DNA of 32,877 nt. Source: Myxococcota bacterium. GTDB taxonomy: Bacteria > Myxococcota_A > UBA9160 > UBA4427. The notes beneath the pieces were generated by a model that made no database searches, had not been told where the DNA came from, and worked only from the letters and a program-made list of their open reading frames with translations. This document shows, one piece after another, positions 17,118 to 26,908 of the stretch. Made by a program: the position numbers and the translations under genes. Positions within the stretch are counted from its first letter, which is position 1; every line of letters starts with the position of its first letter. Where the stretch lies: NCBI GenBank assembly GCA_036336835.1, contig JAYZFK010000084.1, forward strand, positions 1 to 32,877. The letters run 5' to 3'.

Positions 17118-17747
17118 CTAATCCGTCGGGCGGATGCCTCTGGCGACGACGCCGGCCAGCGAGTGGAGGGCGGTCTGGAGCTCGTCGCCTTCCAGACCGG
17201 CCAAGAAGCCGAAGGTGCTGGTGAGGAACAGGAGCGCGATCTGGTCGACCGAGAGGTCCAGACGGAGCTCGCCTCGTTCCTGGGCTGCGGCGATGTGGCG
17301 TCCGAGCTCTTCGGCTACGGAGGGTCCGTCTTCGGAGGGCGGCTCGGGTCGACGCACGTAGAGCGACAGCATCTCGCGCACCAGCTCGGTGCTTCCCACC
17401 GCGCTGACGATCTCCTGCAGCGAGTCGGCGACGCGCGCCAGCACATCGAACAACGGTGGCCGCTGGAGTCGCAGCTCGGCCATCCGAATCAACATCTGGT
17501 GCTCCATCCGGTCCTTGAGCTCGATCAGCACGTCGTCCTTGGTCGGAAAGTGGAAGTAGAAGGTGCCGCGCACGACGCCAGCGGCCCGGGCGATTCGGTC
17601 GATCTGTCCAGCCGCCACGCCAACGGAGCGGAACTCGGCTAGGGCAGCCTCGAACAGGCGCTCTCTGGTGTCGGCTCGTTGACGAGCTCGGCGTCCGACC
17701 GGTACTTCGGTACCTGTGGGGAGCGTGGGGGGGTACGGCTGTGACAT
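17118..17747 (-). CDS. TetR/AcrR-family transcriptional regulator
   Basis: TRERLFEAA...IDRIARAAGVVRGTFYFHFPTKDD helix-turn-helix; divergent from the RND operon. Confidence 0.93.
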   Translation of the reverse strand: MSQPYPPTLPTGTEVPVGRRARQRADTRERLFEAALAEFRSVGVAAGQIDRIARAAGVVRGTFYFHFPTKDDVLIELKDRMEHQMLIRMAELRLQRPPLFDVLARVADSLQEIVSAVGSTELVREMLSLYVRRPEPPSEDGPSVAEELGRHIAAAQERGELRLDLSVDQIALLFLTSTFGFLAGLEGDELQTALHSLAGVVARGIRPTD

Positions 17748-17755
17748 TGCGCGGC

Positions 17756-17800
17756 CTTCTATCTTCGTTGTTGACGAACGTCAATAGGATGTAATATAAC
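17756..17800. promoter_or_regulatory. Overlapping divergent promoters with palindromic operator TTGACG-AA-CGTCAA (17771-17784)
   Basis: Each arm of the palindrome is a TTGACG -35-like hexamer. Minus strand: N17 then TAGAAG, 8 nt before the tetR ATG. Plus strand: followed by AT-rich TAATATAAC (17792-17800). Confidence 0.65.
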
Positions 17801-17990
17801 TGCCGTGTCGTTGCGGTGACGGTTCGCCAGGCGACTCGACACCGAGTCGAGCGTCCAGGCCGCGCCAGGACATGAAGCCGCTGCACAGCCTCACGCGGGA
17901 GCTGGACCCGTGTAGTGTACCTGGGATGTGGTCGGGTTCACACACGCGCGTGAACCGATACTCAAGTACCCAAGGATCACGAGGTCAGCT

Positions 17991-19145
17991 TTGAAGATCC
18001 CTGCTCCGCACATGCTCCTGCTAGCCCTGTTGGCTGCGTCAGGCGGGGCCTGCTCGGACTCCCCGACTCCCTCTGCGGAGATCGAGCTGCCGCTGGTGTC
18101 GGCGGAGCCCGTGGTCGCACTCGACTTCACCGAGCGGATCCAGGCCACCGGTGAGCTGCAGGCGCTCCACCACGCCCTGATCGCGGCCGAGGTCGACGGA
18201 CGTGTGAGCCACCTGTGGATCGACGAGGGAGCGCCTGTCGAGCAGGGCAGTGCGGTCCTCGAGCTCGACCCCGTGCGCCGACAGCTCGAGCTCGAGGCGG
18301 CCAAGGCGCGCGTCTCCGAGACGCGTGCCGCGCTCCACGAAGCACGCCGCGAGGTGCGGCGGCGAGGCGAGCTGCGCCGCAAGGACATCGCCTCGATGGC
18401 GACGCTCGAGAAGGCCGAGACCCAGGTGCGTCTCGCCGAGTCGCGGCATGCCGCGGCGATCGCCGAGTTCGGCGTCGCCCAGCGCGCGCTGTCCGAGGCG
18501 ACCGTTCGCGCCCCGTTCTCGGGAATGCTCGTCGAGCGCAAGGTGAGCCTGGGTGAGTACGTGCAGGTCGGCACTCCGCTCGTCGAGCTCGTCTCGCTCG
18601 ACCCGATCGACGTCGTGTTCAGCGTGGCGGAGCTCGACTCGAGCCGCGTCCGCAATGGGCAGATCGTGATGGTCTCGGTTGCACCGTACCCGGACGAGGA
18701 GTTCGTGGCTCGCGTCGTCGTCGTCTCGCCGACGATCGATCCCGACACCCGCACACTGCGCGTCAAGGCGCGGCTCGACAACTCGGACGGTCGTCTACGC
18801 CCCGGGTTGTTTGCGCGTGCTGATCTCGGCGTCGCCCAGCGAATCGCGGTTCCGGTGATCCCCGATATGGCCGTGCTGCAGCGCACTGACGGCGCCGTGG
18901 TGTTTACGCTCGATCCCACGACCAACCGGGTCGAGCGGCGGGTGATCGAGATCGGTGGCTTCCAGGTAGGCAAGATCGAGGTCGCCAAGGGGCTGCTCCC
19001 CGGTGAGCTCGTTCTCACGAAGGGCCACCCGGCGCTGGTCGACGGAGTGCTGGTGCGCCGCTCGATGCCGGAGCAGGGTCCCCCGTCCGTCGCTGCCCAG
19101 CCCAGGAGCTTCCTCCAGGAGGCCGACGAGGTCAGCGTCCAGTGA
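17991..19145 (+). CDS. RND efflux periplasmic adaptor (membrane fusion) subunit
   Basis: Lipobox-like LLAASGGAC, IAAEVDGRV...EGAPVEQG, VRAPFSG, SPTIDPDTRT, LRPGLFAR. TTG 17991 with GAGGT SD preferred (alternatives 17928, 18012). Confidence 0.92.
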   Translation: MKIPAPHMLLLALLAASGGACSDSPTPSAEIELPLVSAEPVVALDFTERIQATGELQALHHALIAAEVDGRVSHLWIDEGAPVEQGSAVLELDPVRRQLELEAAKARVSETRAALHEARREVRRRGELRRKDIASMATLEKAETQVRLAESRHAAAIAEFGVAQRALSEATVRAPFSGMLVERKVSLGEYVQVGTPLVELVSLDPIDVVFSVAELDSSRVRNGQIVMVSVAPYPDEEFVARVVVVSPTIDPDTRTLRVKARLDNSDGRLRPGLFARADLGVAQRIAVPVIPDMAVLQRTDGAVVFTLDPTTNRVERRVIEIGGFQVGKIEVAKGLLPGELVLTKGHPALVDGVLVRRSMPEQGPPSVAAQPRSFLQEADEVSVQ

Positions 19146-22100
19146 CGCTCTCGGATCTCTCGATCGATCGGCCCGTGCTCACCTGGATGATGGTGATCGC
19201 GCTCGCGACGTTTGGCGTGCTGGGTCTGCTGCGCACGGGCGTCGACCAATACCCCGAGATGGAGCTGCCCTCGTTGACCGTGTCCGCCGAGCTCGACGGC
19301 GCGACGCCGGAAGGAATGGAGGAGGACGTCACTGACGTCCTGGAGGAGCAGATCTTCTCGATCTCGGGCGTGAAGCGCCTGCGCTCGACCTCGATGGCGG
19401 GGAGCTCGCGCATCGGGGTCGAGTTCGTGCTTGGCACGGACCTCGACGTCGCCGTTCAGGACACGCGCGACCAGGTGGCGCAGGCGATGCAGATGCTGCC
19501 CGAGGGCATCGACCTGCCGATTGTGAGTCGCCGGCGCGCGGCAGGCTTCCCGCTCATGTACGCCCCGTTCTTCTCCGAACGGCCGGCGGTCGAGCTCTCC
19601 GAGTACGTGGAACGTCATGCGAAGCCTCTGATCGAGTCGATTCCCGGTGTGGCCGCCGCAATCGTGTTCGGCAAGCTCGAACGGAACATCCGGATCTGGC
19701 TCGACGGCGATCGGCTGCGTGCGCGCGGTCTCGCTGCCAATGACGTGCTGTTGGCGCTGCGCCGCGAGCACGTCGACGCGCCGGCTGGGTTCGTCGAGGG
19801 GCCAGGTCTCGAGTGGGCGGTCAAGACGGATGCCGAGTTCCGTTCGATCGCGGCACTCGAGGGAATGGTCGTTAGCCACGAGGGCGACGCACCGATCTAC
19901 CTGCGCGATATCGCCCGGGTCGAGGACGGCGTCGAGGACAAGCGAGCTCAGATCCGTTTCAACCGCAAGGAAGCGGTCGCAATCGCCGTGATCAAGCAGT
20001 CGGATGCCAACGCGGTGGGCGTAGCGAACGAGGCCTTCGCGAGGTTCGATGCGATCCGCTCAACGCTCCCTCCGGACATCGAGCTCGCACCGCGCGAGGC
20101 ATTCCTCGACTTCTCCGCCGGGATCGTCGAATCGGTGGCGGAGACCCAGTTTGCGCTGATGTTCGGTGCCCTGCTCGCAGTGCTGGTGGTGTTCGTGTTC
20201 TTGCGCCGCTCGCGGCCGACCTTCATCGTGGCCGCCGCGATTCCGCTCTCCGTGATCGGGACCTTCGGCCTCGTCTGGGTCTCGGGCAACACGCTCAATA
20301 CGATGACGCTGCTCGGGCTGACTCTTGCGATCGGAGTCGTGATCGACGACGCGATCATCGTACTCGAGAACATCGAGCGACACCGCGAGTCGGGCAAGGA
20401 CGCCCGCCTGGCCGCGCGCGAGGGAACCCGTGAGATCACCTTCGCGGCGGCGGCCGCGACGTTCTCGGTCGCAGCGGTGTTCCTTCCGGTCGTGTTTGCC
20501 GACGGATTCGTGGGCGCATTCCTCGGCGACTTCGGATTTACGGTCGCCTCTGCCGTGATCCTCTCGCTGTTCGTGGCGCTCACGCTGACGCCAATGCTGG
20601 CGGCGCGCATGCCGCCGCCGAAGCCTCGCGCCCCGGACAGCCTCTACCAGCGGCTCGAGACCGGGTTCCAGGGACTCGAGAAGGCGTACCAACGCGCGCT
20701 CGACCTGGCCCTCCGACAGCGGTTCGCGACGATGGCGGTGGCCGTTCTGTCGCTGCTGGCGGCCTGGGGGTTCGGACGGAACCTGGGCGCCGAGTTCTTT
20801 CCGCCCTCCGACAACGGAATGGTGTTCATCGAGTTCGAAGCGCCGGCGGGGTCGAGCCTCGAGCACACGCTGAAGCTCCTGACGCTCAACGAGGAGATCG
20901 GTTTCAGCCTTCCCGAGACCGTCGGAGCGTTTGCCGAGATCGGGTACGGTGGGAACTCGAATCAGGGGTCGCCGAACAAGGGTGGCGTCAACCTGAATGT
21001 CGGTTCGTCGAGCAACCGCGAACGCTCGACGCACGAGCTGATTCCGATCGTGCGGAAGGAGCTGGCCAAGATTCCCGGCCAGACCGTCCGGGTGGGTGAT
21101 CCCTTCGGCTCGATGAGCAGCAACAACGCCGAGTTCGAAATGGTGCTGCGCGGCAACCTCGCGCTCGAGGAGCTCGATCGCCATGCTTCCGCCGTGGCCG
21201 CCGAGCTCGAGCGGGACGGTCGTTTCGTCGACGTCGACACCGATCTCGACCTCGGCCTCCCCGAGCTGCGCGTCGTGCCCGATCGCGACAAGGCCGCGCA
21301 GCTGGGCGTCGATGCAGCCACGATCTCACAGGTCGTGCAGGTGATGATCGGCGGGCTCGATGTGGGCGTCTACAAGGAAGAAGGCAAGCGCTACGACATC
21401 CGCATGAAGCTCGAGCAGGCGGACCGGCGGAGTCCGGCCGCGATCACCGACCTGTTCGTGCGCGCGCGCGACGGCAAGGTGGTCGAGCTGCGCAATCTGG
21501 TGGAGCTGAAGCCCGGCGCGGCTGCGTCCTCGATCTCGCGGACAGATCGGCAGCGCAGTGTCACGGTGACCGCGAACCTCGAGGGAATTTCACTGGGCGA
21601 GGCGGTCGAGGTCGCGGCCGTGGCCGCCAGGAGGGTGCTGCCAGAGGGACTCTCACTCTCCGACACCGGTGAGGCCGAGTTCATGCGCGAGAGCTTCTCG
21701 CAGTTTGGACTGATGCTGTTCCTGGCCATCCTGGCGATCTATATGGTCCTGGCATCGCAGTTCGAGAGCTTCCTGCTTCCGTTGTCGGTCATGCTCGCGC
21801 TGCCGTTCTCGATGGTCGGCGCGCTCGGCGGACTGTGGCTGATGAACCAGTTCGGCGTCCCCGGCATGACCCTCAATCTGTTCAGTCTGATTGGCATGAT
21901 CCTGCTTGCCGGACTCGTCACCAAGAACTCGATCCTGTTGGTCGACTACGCGAACCAGCTGCGCGGCGAGGGCCTGTCGCCGCTCGAGGCAGTGCGTCGC
22001 GCGGCTCCGGTGCGCATGCGTCCCGTGCTGATGACGGCTTTCTCGATGATCTTCGGCGTGCTGCCCGCCGCACTCGGGGTCGGTCCAGGCTCGGAATCGC

Positions 22101-22282
22101 GCGCGCCGATGGCGGTCGCCACGGCTGCCGGGATGTTCTCGTCGATGATGTTGACGCTATTGATCGTGCCGGTGTTCTACGTCGAGCTCGAGCGATTCTC
22201 CGCGCGCGTGCGCGGCTGGTTCGGTCGTTCACCCAAGGCGGCGCCCGGGAAGCTTCCCGTCGAGGTGGCCCGCAGCCAATGA
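19142..22282 (+). CDS. RND efflux permease (AcrB/MdtB/CzcA superfamily)
   Basis: 1046 aa; SIDRPV, GVVIDDAIIVLENI, ALTLTPML, LVTKNSILLVD, RMRPVLMT with the proton-relay D/D/K/R/T residues present; GTGA overlap with the adaptor. Confidence 0.96.
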   Translation: MTLSDLSIDRPVLTWMMVIALATFGVLGLLRTGVDQYPEMELPSLTVSAELDGATPEGMEEDVTDVLEEQIFSISGVKRLRSTSMAGSSRIGVEFVLGTDLDVAVQDTRDQVAQAMQMLPEGIDLPIVSRRRAAGFPLMYAPFFSERPAVELSEYVERHAKPLIESIPGVAAAIVFGKLERNIRIWLDGDRLRARGLAANDVLLALRREHVDAPAGFVEGPGLEWAVKTDAEFRSIAALEGMVVSHEGDAPIYLRDIARVEDGVEDKRAQIRFNRKEAVAIAVIKQSDANAVGVANEAFARFDAIRSTLPPDIELAPREAFLDFSAGIVESVAETQFALMFGALLAVLVVFVFLRRSRPTFIVAAAIPLSVIGTFGLVWVSGNTLNTMTLLGLTLAIGVVIDDAIIVLENIERHRESGKDARLAAREGTREITFAAAAATFSVAAVFLPVVFADGFVGAFLGDFGFTVASAVILSLFVALTLTPMLAARMPPPKPRAPDSLYQRLETGFQGLEKAYQRALDLALRQRFATMAVAVLSLLAAWGFGRNLGAEFFPPSDNGMVFIEFEAPAGSSLEHTLKLLTLNEEIGFSLPETVGAFAEIGYGGNSNQGSPNKGGVNLNVGSSSNRERSTHELIPIVRKELAKIPGQTVRVGDPFGSMSSNNAEFEMVLRGNLALEELDRHASAVAAELERDGRFVDVDTDLDLGLPELRVVPDRDKAAQLGVDAATISQVVQVMIGGLDVGVYKEEGKRYDIRMKLEQADRRSPAAITDLFVRARDGKVVELRNLVELKPGAAASSISRTDRQRSVTVTANLEGISLGEAVEVAAVAARRVLPEGLSLSDTGEAEFMRESFSQFGLMLFLAILAIYMVLASQFESFLLPLSVMLALPFSMVGALGGLWLMNQFGVPGMTLNLFSLIGMILLAGLVTKNSILLVDYANQLRGEGLSPLEAVRRAAPVRMRPVLMTAFSMIFGVLPAALGVGPGSESRAPMAVATAAGMFSSMMLTLLIVPVFYVELERFSARVRGWFGRSPKAAPGKLPVEVARSQ

Positions 22283-22298
22283 CGCTGCGGGAGGTGCC

Positions 22299-22937
22299 AT
22301 GTCGGCCTACGACGCCGTGCTGTTCGACTACGGAGGCGTGTTCACCAGCTCGCCCTTCGCTGCAGTCGAGAGCAGGGGGGCCGAGCTCGGTGCCGACCCG
22401 CGGGTGCTGCTCGATACGATCTTCGGGCCGTACCACGCCGACACCGATCATCCGTGGCACTGCCTCGAGCGCGGCGAGATCGCACTCAGTGTCGCCGTGG
22501 AGGCGATCATCGAGCTCGGTGTCGAGCGCGGTGTGGACGCCGACCCATTCAAGTTCTTTTCCGCGATGGCGGTCGGGGGCATCAACCAGACCGTCGTCGA
22601 GTGTACGCGCGGCCTGCGCAACGACGGGATCAAGACAGCGCTGGTGACCAACAACGCAGCCGAGTTTCGCAAGAGCTGGCGCGACAGCATCCCTGTCGAC
22701 GAGCTGTTCGATGTCGTCGTCGATTCGAGCGAAGAGGGCGTGCGCAAGCCCGATCCGCGCATCTTCGAGCTCACGCTCGCTCGACTGGGAGTCGAGGCGG
22801 TGCGCAGCGTCTTCCTCGACGATTTTGCTGGCAACGTGACGGCGGCCGAGTCGCTCGGGATCACGGGGATCCTGGTGGGCTCGGACCAGGCCCAGGCCGT
22901 GGCCGAGCTCGAGACGCTGCTCGGGAGAAGCGAGTGA
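22299..22937 (+). CDS. HAD-family hydrolase (sEH-N / ACAD10-N-like)
   Basis: VLFDYGGV, LVTNN, SSEEGVRKPDPRIF, FLDD; GGAGGT SD. Confidence 0.9.
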   Translation: MSAYDAVLFDYGGVFTSSPFAAVESRGAELGADPRVLLDTIFGPYHADTDHPWHCLERGEIALSVAVEAIIELGVERGVDADPFKFFSAMAVGGINQTVVECTRGLRNDGIKTALVTNNAAEFRKSWRDSIPVDELFDVVVDSSEEGVRKPDPRIFELTLARLGVEAVRSVFLDDFAGNVTAAESLGITGILVGSDQAQAVAELETLLGRSE

Positions 22938-23800
22938 AGTTCGTCATCGCCACCTCGTTCTCGAAGGTCGAGCAGCTCGCGCCGCTGGCGATTGCCGCTG
23001 AAGAATCCGGCTACGAGATGCTGGCGTTCTCGGATCACGTGGTGCATCCCGAGAAGATCGACGCGCCGTATCCGTATACCGAGGACGGTCAGCGACGCTG
23101 GGAGGCCTTCACCGACTGGCCGGAGCCCTGGGTGACGATCGGCTACCTGGCCGGCCAGACGAGCCGGATCCGCTTCACGACGAATGTCTTCGTGCTCGCG
23201 ATGCGCAATCCCTTGGTCGCAGCGAAGATGATCGGCACGGCGGCCGTGCTCTCGAACGATCGCGTGACGCTCACGCTGGGAGTTGGCTGGTCGGACACCG
23301 AGTTCCGGCTGATGGGGCAGGAGTTCGAGCGGCGTGGCAAGCGGACCGACGAGATGATCGAGATCCTGCGCACGGTCTGGACCGGCGATATGGTCGAGCA
23401 CCACGGAGAGTTCTACGACTTCGATCGGCTCGAGATGAGCCCGGCGCCGCGCGAGCGCATCCCGATCTGGGTCGGCGGCTTCTCGGACCCGGCGCTCCGG
23501 CGGGCGGCACGCCAGGACGGCTGGCTGTCGGACCTGCAGACGACCGAGCAGATCGCGGAATGCATCGACAAGGTGCGCCGATTCCGCGCCGAGCAGGGAC
23601 GCCCGGACGAGCCCTTCGAGGTGATGGCGAGTGCGAGTGATGCCTTCGATCTCGACGGCTATCGCCGGCTCGCAGAGCACGGGGTCACGCACGTCCTGAC
23701 GATGCCCTGGATGCTCTACGGCGGGCCGACCGACGACCTGCAGCGCAAGCTCGACGGCATCCGGCGCTTCGCAGAGGACGTGCTCGGGCCGATGGCCTGA
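22934..23800 (+). CDS. LLM-class oxidoreductase, probably F420-dependent (TIGR03619-like)
   Basis: AEESGY...SDHVVHP...YPYTEDG, EPWVTIG, RNPLVAAK, LGVGW...EF, RGKRTDEMI, PIWVGGFSDPALRRAAR. GTG 22934 overlaps the HAD stop (GTGA). Confidence 0.88.
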   Translation: MKFVIATSFSKVEQLAPLAIAAEESGYEMLAFSDHVVHPEKIDAPYPYTEDGQRRWEAFTDWPEPWVTIGYLAGQTSRIRFTTNVFVLAMRNPLVAAKMIGTAAVLSNDRVTLTLGVGWSDTEFRLMGQEFERRGKRTDEMIEILRTVWTGDMVEHHGEFYDFDRLEMSPAPRERIPIWVGGFSDPALRRAARQDGWLSDLQTTEQIAECIDKVRRFRAEQGRPDEPFEVMASASDAFDLDGYRRLAEHGVTHVLTMPWMLYGGPTDDLQRKLDGIRRFAEDVLGPMA

Positions 23801-24011
23801 GTCTGCGCTTCGAGATCGGCGCTGGACTGGCGACTGCCCGCCTGGACGCTCGAGCAAGACCTCGCACGATGTGCGACGGCGAGTGCAATGTCCCATTGTC
23901 AGCCAGCGAGCGATTGGCGTAAATGACCGTCCGCGCGCGAATTCTGCCATGCCCGGACACGATCGCCGCCATGCGGGACGACAGGGCCCGCTCGAGAGGA
24001 CTCGCCGCCCG

Positions 24012-24467
24012 ATGAACCCGCCCGAGAACCGCCCCCTGATGACTGGAAACCGCTGGAACGAGGCTCTCGGGCTGGTGATCGATGAGGTGAGCGACGATCT
24101 CGTCCGCGCGCACCTCGACGCCGGTCTCCGCCACCAGCAACCCTACGGCGTGCTGCACGGCGGCGCGTGGTGCTCGATCGTCGAGGAGGCCGCGAGTGTC
24201 GGCGCCGGGATGCGTTCGATCGCTCGCGACGGGCGAGGGGTGCTCGGCGTCTCGAACCACACGGATTTTCTGCGGTCGCATAGTGAGGGTCGTCTGGATG
24301 TCGAGGCCCGCCCGCTGCACGCGGGCCGGCGCTCCCAGCTGTGGGAGGTGCGGATCGCGCGCGCGAGCGACGGCGTGCTGGTGGCGCGCGGCCAGGTGCG
24401 CTTCCACGTGCTCGACGAGCTCCCGGGCGAGCGGCGCGAGCGACTCGCGAGCGAGCAGCGACCATGA
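24012..24467 (+). CDS. PaaI-family hot-dog thioesterase
   Basis: HQQPYGVLHGG...EEAASVG, NHTDFLR, PLHAGRRSQLWEV. ATG 24012 (GAGAGGA upstream) or 24039. Confidence 0.88.
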   Translation: MNPPENRPLMTGNRWNEALGLVIDEVSDDLVRAHLDAGLRHQQPYGVLHGGAWCSIVEEAASVGAGMRSIARDGRGVLGVSNHTDFLRSHSEGRLDVEARPLHAGRRSQLWEVRIARASDGVLVARGQVRFHVLDELPGERRERLASEQRP

Positions 24468-24491
24468 AACCTGGTGCGTGCGACGGCGTCG

Positions 24492-25289
24492 CTAGGGGAC
24501 GGCGAGCCCCGACGGTTTGGCGAGCGGGCCGGGGGAGCGGATGACGGCCGTCCGGAGGTCGATGTCGGGGTGAACGATCTGGGTGGTGAGCAGCTCGACG
24601 ATGGCCTGGCCGAGATCGTCGGCCTGCATCGAGCGTTCGTGCATGTGGCCCTCGGCGTTCCAGCGATCCATCACCCCGGCGAGATCCTCGGGCTCGAAGC
24701 GGCTGCCGAACTCGGTGCCGAGCGTCTGCCCCACGGTGACCTGGGTGAAACGGATCTCGGGCTGTTCGGACTGGAATCCGCGGATCAGCTCCTCGAGGGC
24801 TGCCTTGCTCGCACCGTAGTGCACCAGGCCGACCCGCGGGCGACCGACCGCCTCCGACGACAGGAAGAAGGCGACGCCACCCGAGGACGCGAGATGCGGC
24901 ACGGCGTAGCGGCCGACGAGTGCCGCCCCGACGGCGTTCGTCTCGAGCACGAGGCGCCAGTCCTCGGCGTCGAGATCGGTCAGGACTCCGAACGTCGAGC
25001 AGCCGGTGGCGTAGACGAGACCGTCTAGCCCGCCCAGCGTTTCGACCGTGGCGGCGAGCAGGTGTTCGACCTGCGTCTGGTCGCGGACGTCGGCCGCAAT
25101 CGCGCTGCCGCCGCCAGCACTCTTCACGGCGGCCTCGAGTGCGTGCTGGCGGCGCGCGCTGAACACGACGTTCGCGCCGGCGGCAACCGCCGCGGTCGCA
25201 GTGCTGCGTCCGATGCCGGCGGAGGCGCCGACGACCAGAATTCGCTTCCCGGCGATCGGTGTCGAGCTGCCGTTGCGTCGGGCCGTCAT
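24492..25289 (-). CDS. SDR-family oxidoreductase
   Basis: VGASAGIG, ADVRD, FLSS, YGASKAAL. Confidence 0.88.
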   Translation of the reverse strand: MTARRNGSSTPIAGKRILVVGASAGIGRSTATAAVAAGANVVFSARRQHALEAAVKSAGGGSAIAADVRDQTQVEHLLAATVETLGGLDGLVYATGCSTFGVLTDLDAEDWRLVLETNAVGAALVGRYAVPHLASSGGVAFFLSSEAVGRPRVGLVHYGASKAALEELIRGFQSEQPEIRFTQVTVGQTLGTEFGSRFEPEDLAGVMDRWNAEGHMHERSMQADDLGQAIVELLTTQIVHPDIDLRTAVIRSPGPLAKPSGLAVP

Positions 25290-25368
25290 CGGCGATCACC
25301 CTATCACGAGGGGAGCGGCGCGCGATATGCTGCGGCCTGGTCCAGCCCACTGTTGTGGAGGTGTCCCG

Positions 25369-25785
25369 GTGGTCACGGTCTTCGACAAGATCCTCAGCGG
25401 CGAGCTCCCCTCCTACACCGTGTACGAGGACGAGCACGTCTACTCGTTCCTCGATGTGAGCCCGATCTCCGAGGGGCACACTCTCGTGATCCCGCGCGAG
25501 CGCAAGGTCTTCCTACACGAGCTATCGGACGAGTCGAGCGCCGCGATTGGGCGCGTCCTACCGCGCATTGCGCGCGCGGTGATGGCCGCCACGGGAGCCG
25601 ATCACTACAACGTGTTGCAGAACAACGGCGCGTCCGCCCATCAGGCGGTATTGCACGTGCACTTCCACATCATCCCCAGGCTCGCCGAGGACGGGCTGGG
25701 CATCGGCTGGAAGCAGAGCGCGCTCGATCCGGGCGATGCGGTACAGCTGGTCGCCCGCATGCGCGCCGCGCTCGAGAGCGCCTGA
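25369..25785 (+). CDS. HIT-family nucleotide hydrolase
   Basis: FDKILSGELP, FLDVSPISEGHTLVIP, NNGASAHQAVLHVHFHIIPR (HxHxHxx triad); GGAGG SD before GTG 25369. Confidence 0.92.
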   Translation: MVTVFDKILSGELPSYTVYEDEHVYSFLDVSPISEGHTLVIPRERKVFLHELSDESSAAIGRVLPRIARAVMAATGADHYNVLQNNGASAHQAVLHVHFHIIPRLAEDGLGIGWKQSALDPGDAVQLVARMRAALESA

Positions 25786-25967
25786 CGCCTTGCGGATCGA
25801 GTCGAGCACTTATCGCGAGACTCGCAGCTTCGCCAGCGAACCTCCTGGGATCGAGGGGATTCGCTTCGGGCGCCGGGGTTGCTCCCGACGACGACGAGTC
25901 GCTTCGAATCCAATCACCCGTAATCGCATGGTATGCTGCGAAGCTTCGCCACCCAGGGAGTGACAGC

Positions 25968-26837
25968 ATGCCGATCGATCGGGAGAAGGCCCTCGCCAAC
26001 AAGCCGCGCACCGGCGAGAGCTACTACGGCAAGGACGACGTGATCCTCTATCACCTCGGCCTTGGCGCCGGCGTCCCCGCTACCGACGCCAAGGAGCTCG
26101 AGTACACATACGAGAAGAATCTCAAGGTGCTGCCGAGCTTTGCCGTCGTTGCGGCGACACGGAGTGTCTCGAGCCGAAGCTCCGGCTCGATGGACTTCGA
26201 GGGCCTCGAGTACAACCGCGCGCTACTGCTCCATGGTGAAGAGGAGATCCTGATCCACCGGCCGCTTCCGCCCGAGTCGAAGCTACGCACGGAGACGAAT
26301 GTTCTCGACGTCTTTGACAAGGGAAAGGCGGCGCTGCTGATCCTCGAGACGAAGGCTAGCGACGAGAACGGCGATCCACTGTACAGCGTGCGGATGTCTC
26401 TGTTCCTGCGCGGCGAGGGTGGGTTCGGCGGTCCCGAAGGACCGAAGCCCGCCAATGTCGCACCCGATCGTGCACCCGACGGGGTCATCGAACGCACGAC
26501 GCTGCCGCAGCAGGCATTGATCTATCGCCTCAGCGGAGACAAGAACCCGCTGCACGCCGATCCCGAGTTCGCCGCGAAGGCCGGCTTCGATCGGCCGATC
26601 ATCCACGGACTCCTGTCGTACGGTCTGTGTTGCAAGGCGATCGTCGACGAGCTGCTCGACGGCGATGTGACCAAGGTCGCCGGCTATGCGGCGCGTTTCG
26701 CGGGCGTGGGCTTTCCCGGTGAGACCTACCAGATCTCGCACTGGAAGGAGGGCGACAAGATCCTCCTGGCGGCGCACTCGAAGGAGCGCGATGGAGCCAA
26801 GATCATCTCGAACGCGGCGATCACCCTGCGTTCGTGA
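25968..26837 (+). CDS. MaoC / MFE-2-type (R)-specific enoyl-CoA hydratase, double hot-dog
   Basis: DVILYHLGLG, LLHGEE, DKGKAA, hydratase-2 motif YRLSGDKNPLHADP, PIIHGL, FPGET; GGGAG SD. Confidence 0.92.
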   Translation: MPIDREKALANKPRTGESYYGKDDVILYHLGLGAGVPATDAKELEYTYEKNLKVLPSFAVVAATRSVSSRSSGSMDFEGLEYNRALLLHGEEEILIHRPLPPESKLRTETNVLDVFDKGKAALLILETKASDENGDPLYSVRMSLFLRGEGGFGGPEGPKPANVAPDRAPDGVIERTTLPQQALIYRLSGDKNPLHADPEFAAKAGFDRPIIHGLLSYGLCCKAIVDELLDGDVTKVAGYAARFAGVGFPGETYQISHWKEGDKILLAAHSKERDGAKIISNAAITLRS

Positions 26838-26908
26838 GCTCGATCAGCGAGGGGTGAGACCGGGGCCGGGTGCCGCAGGGCAGCCGGTTCCGTTGTTTCG
26901 AAACCAGC

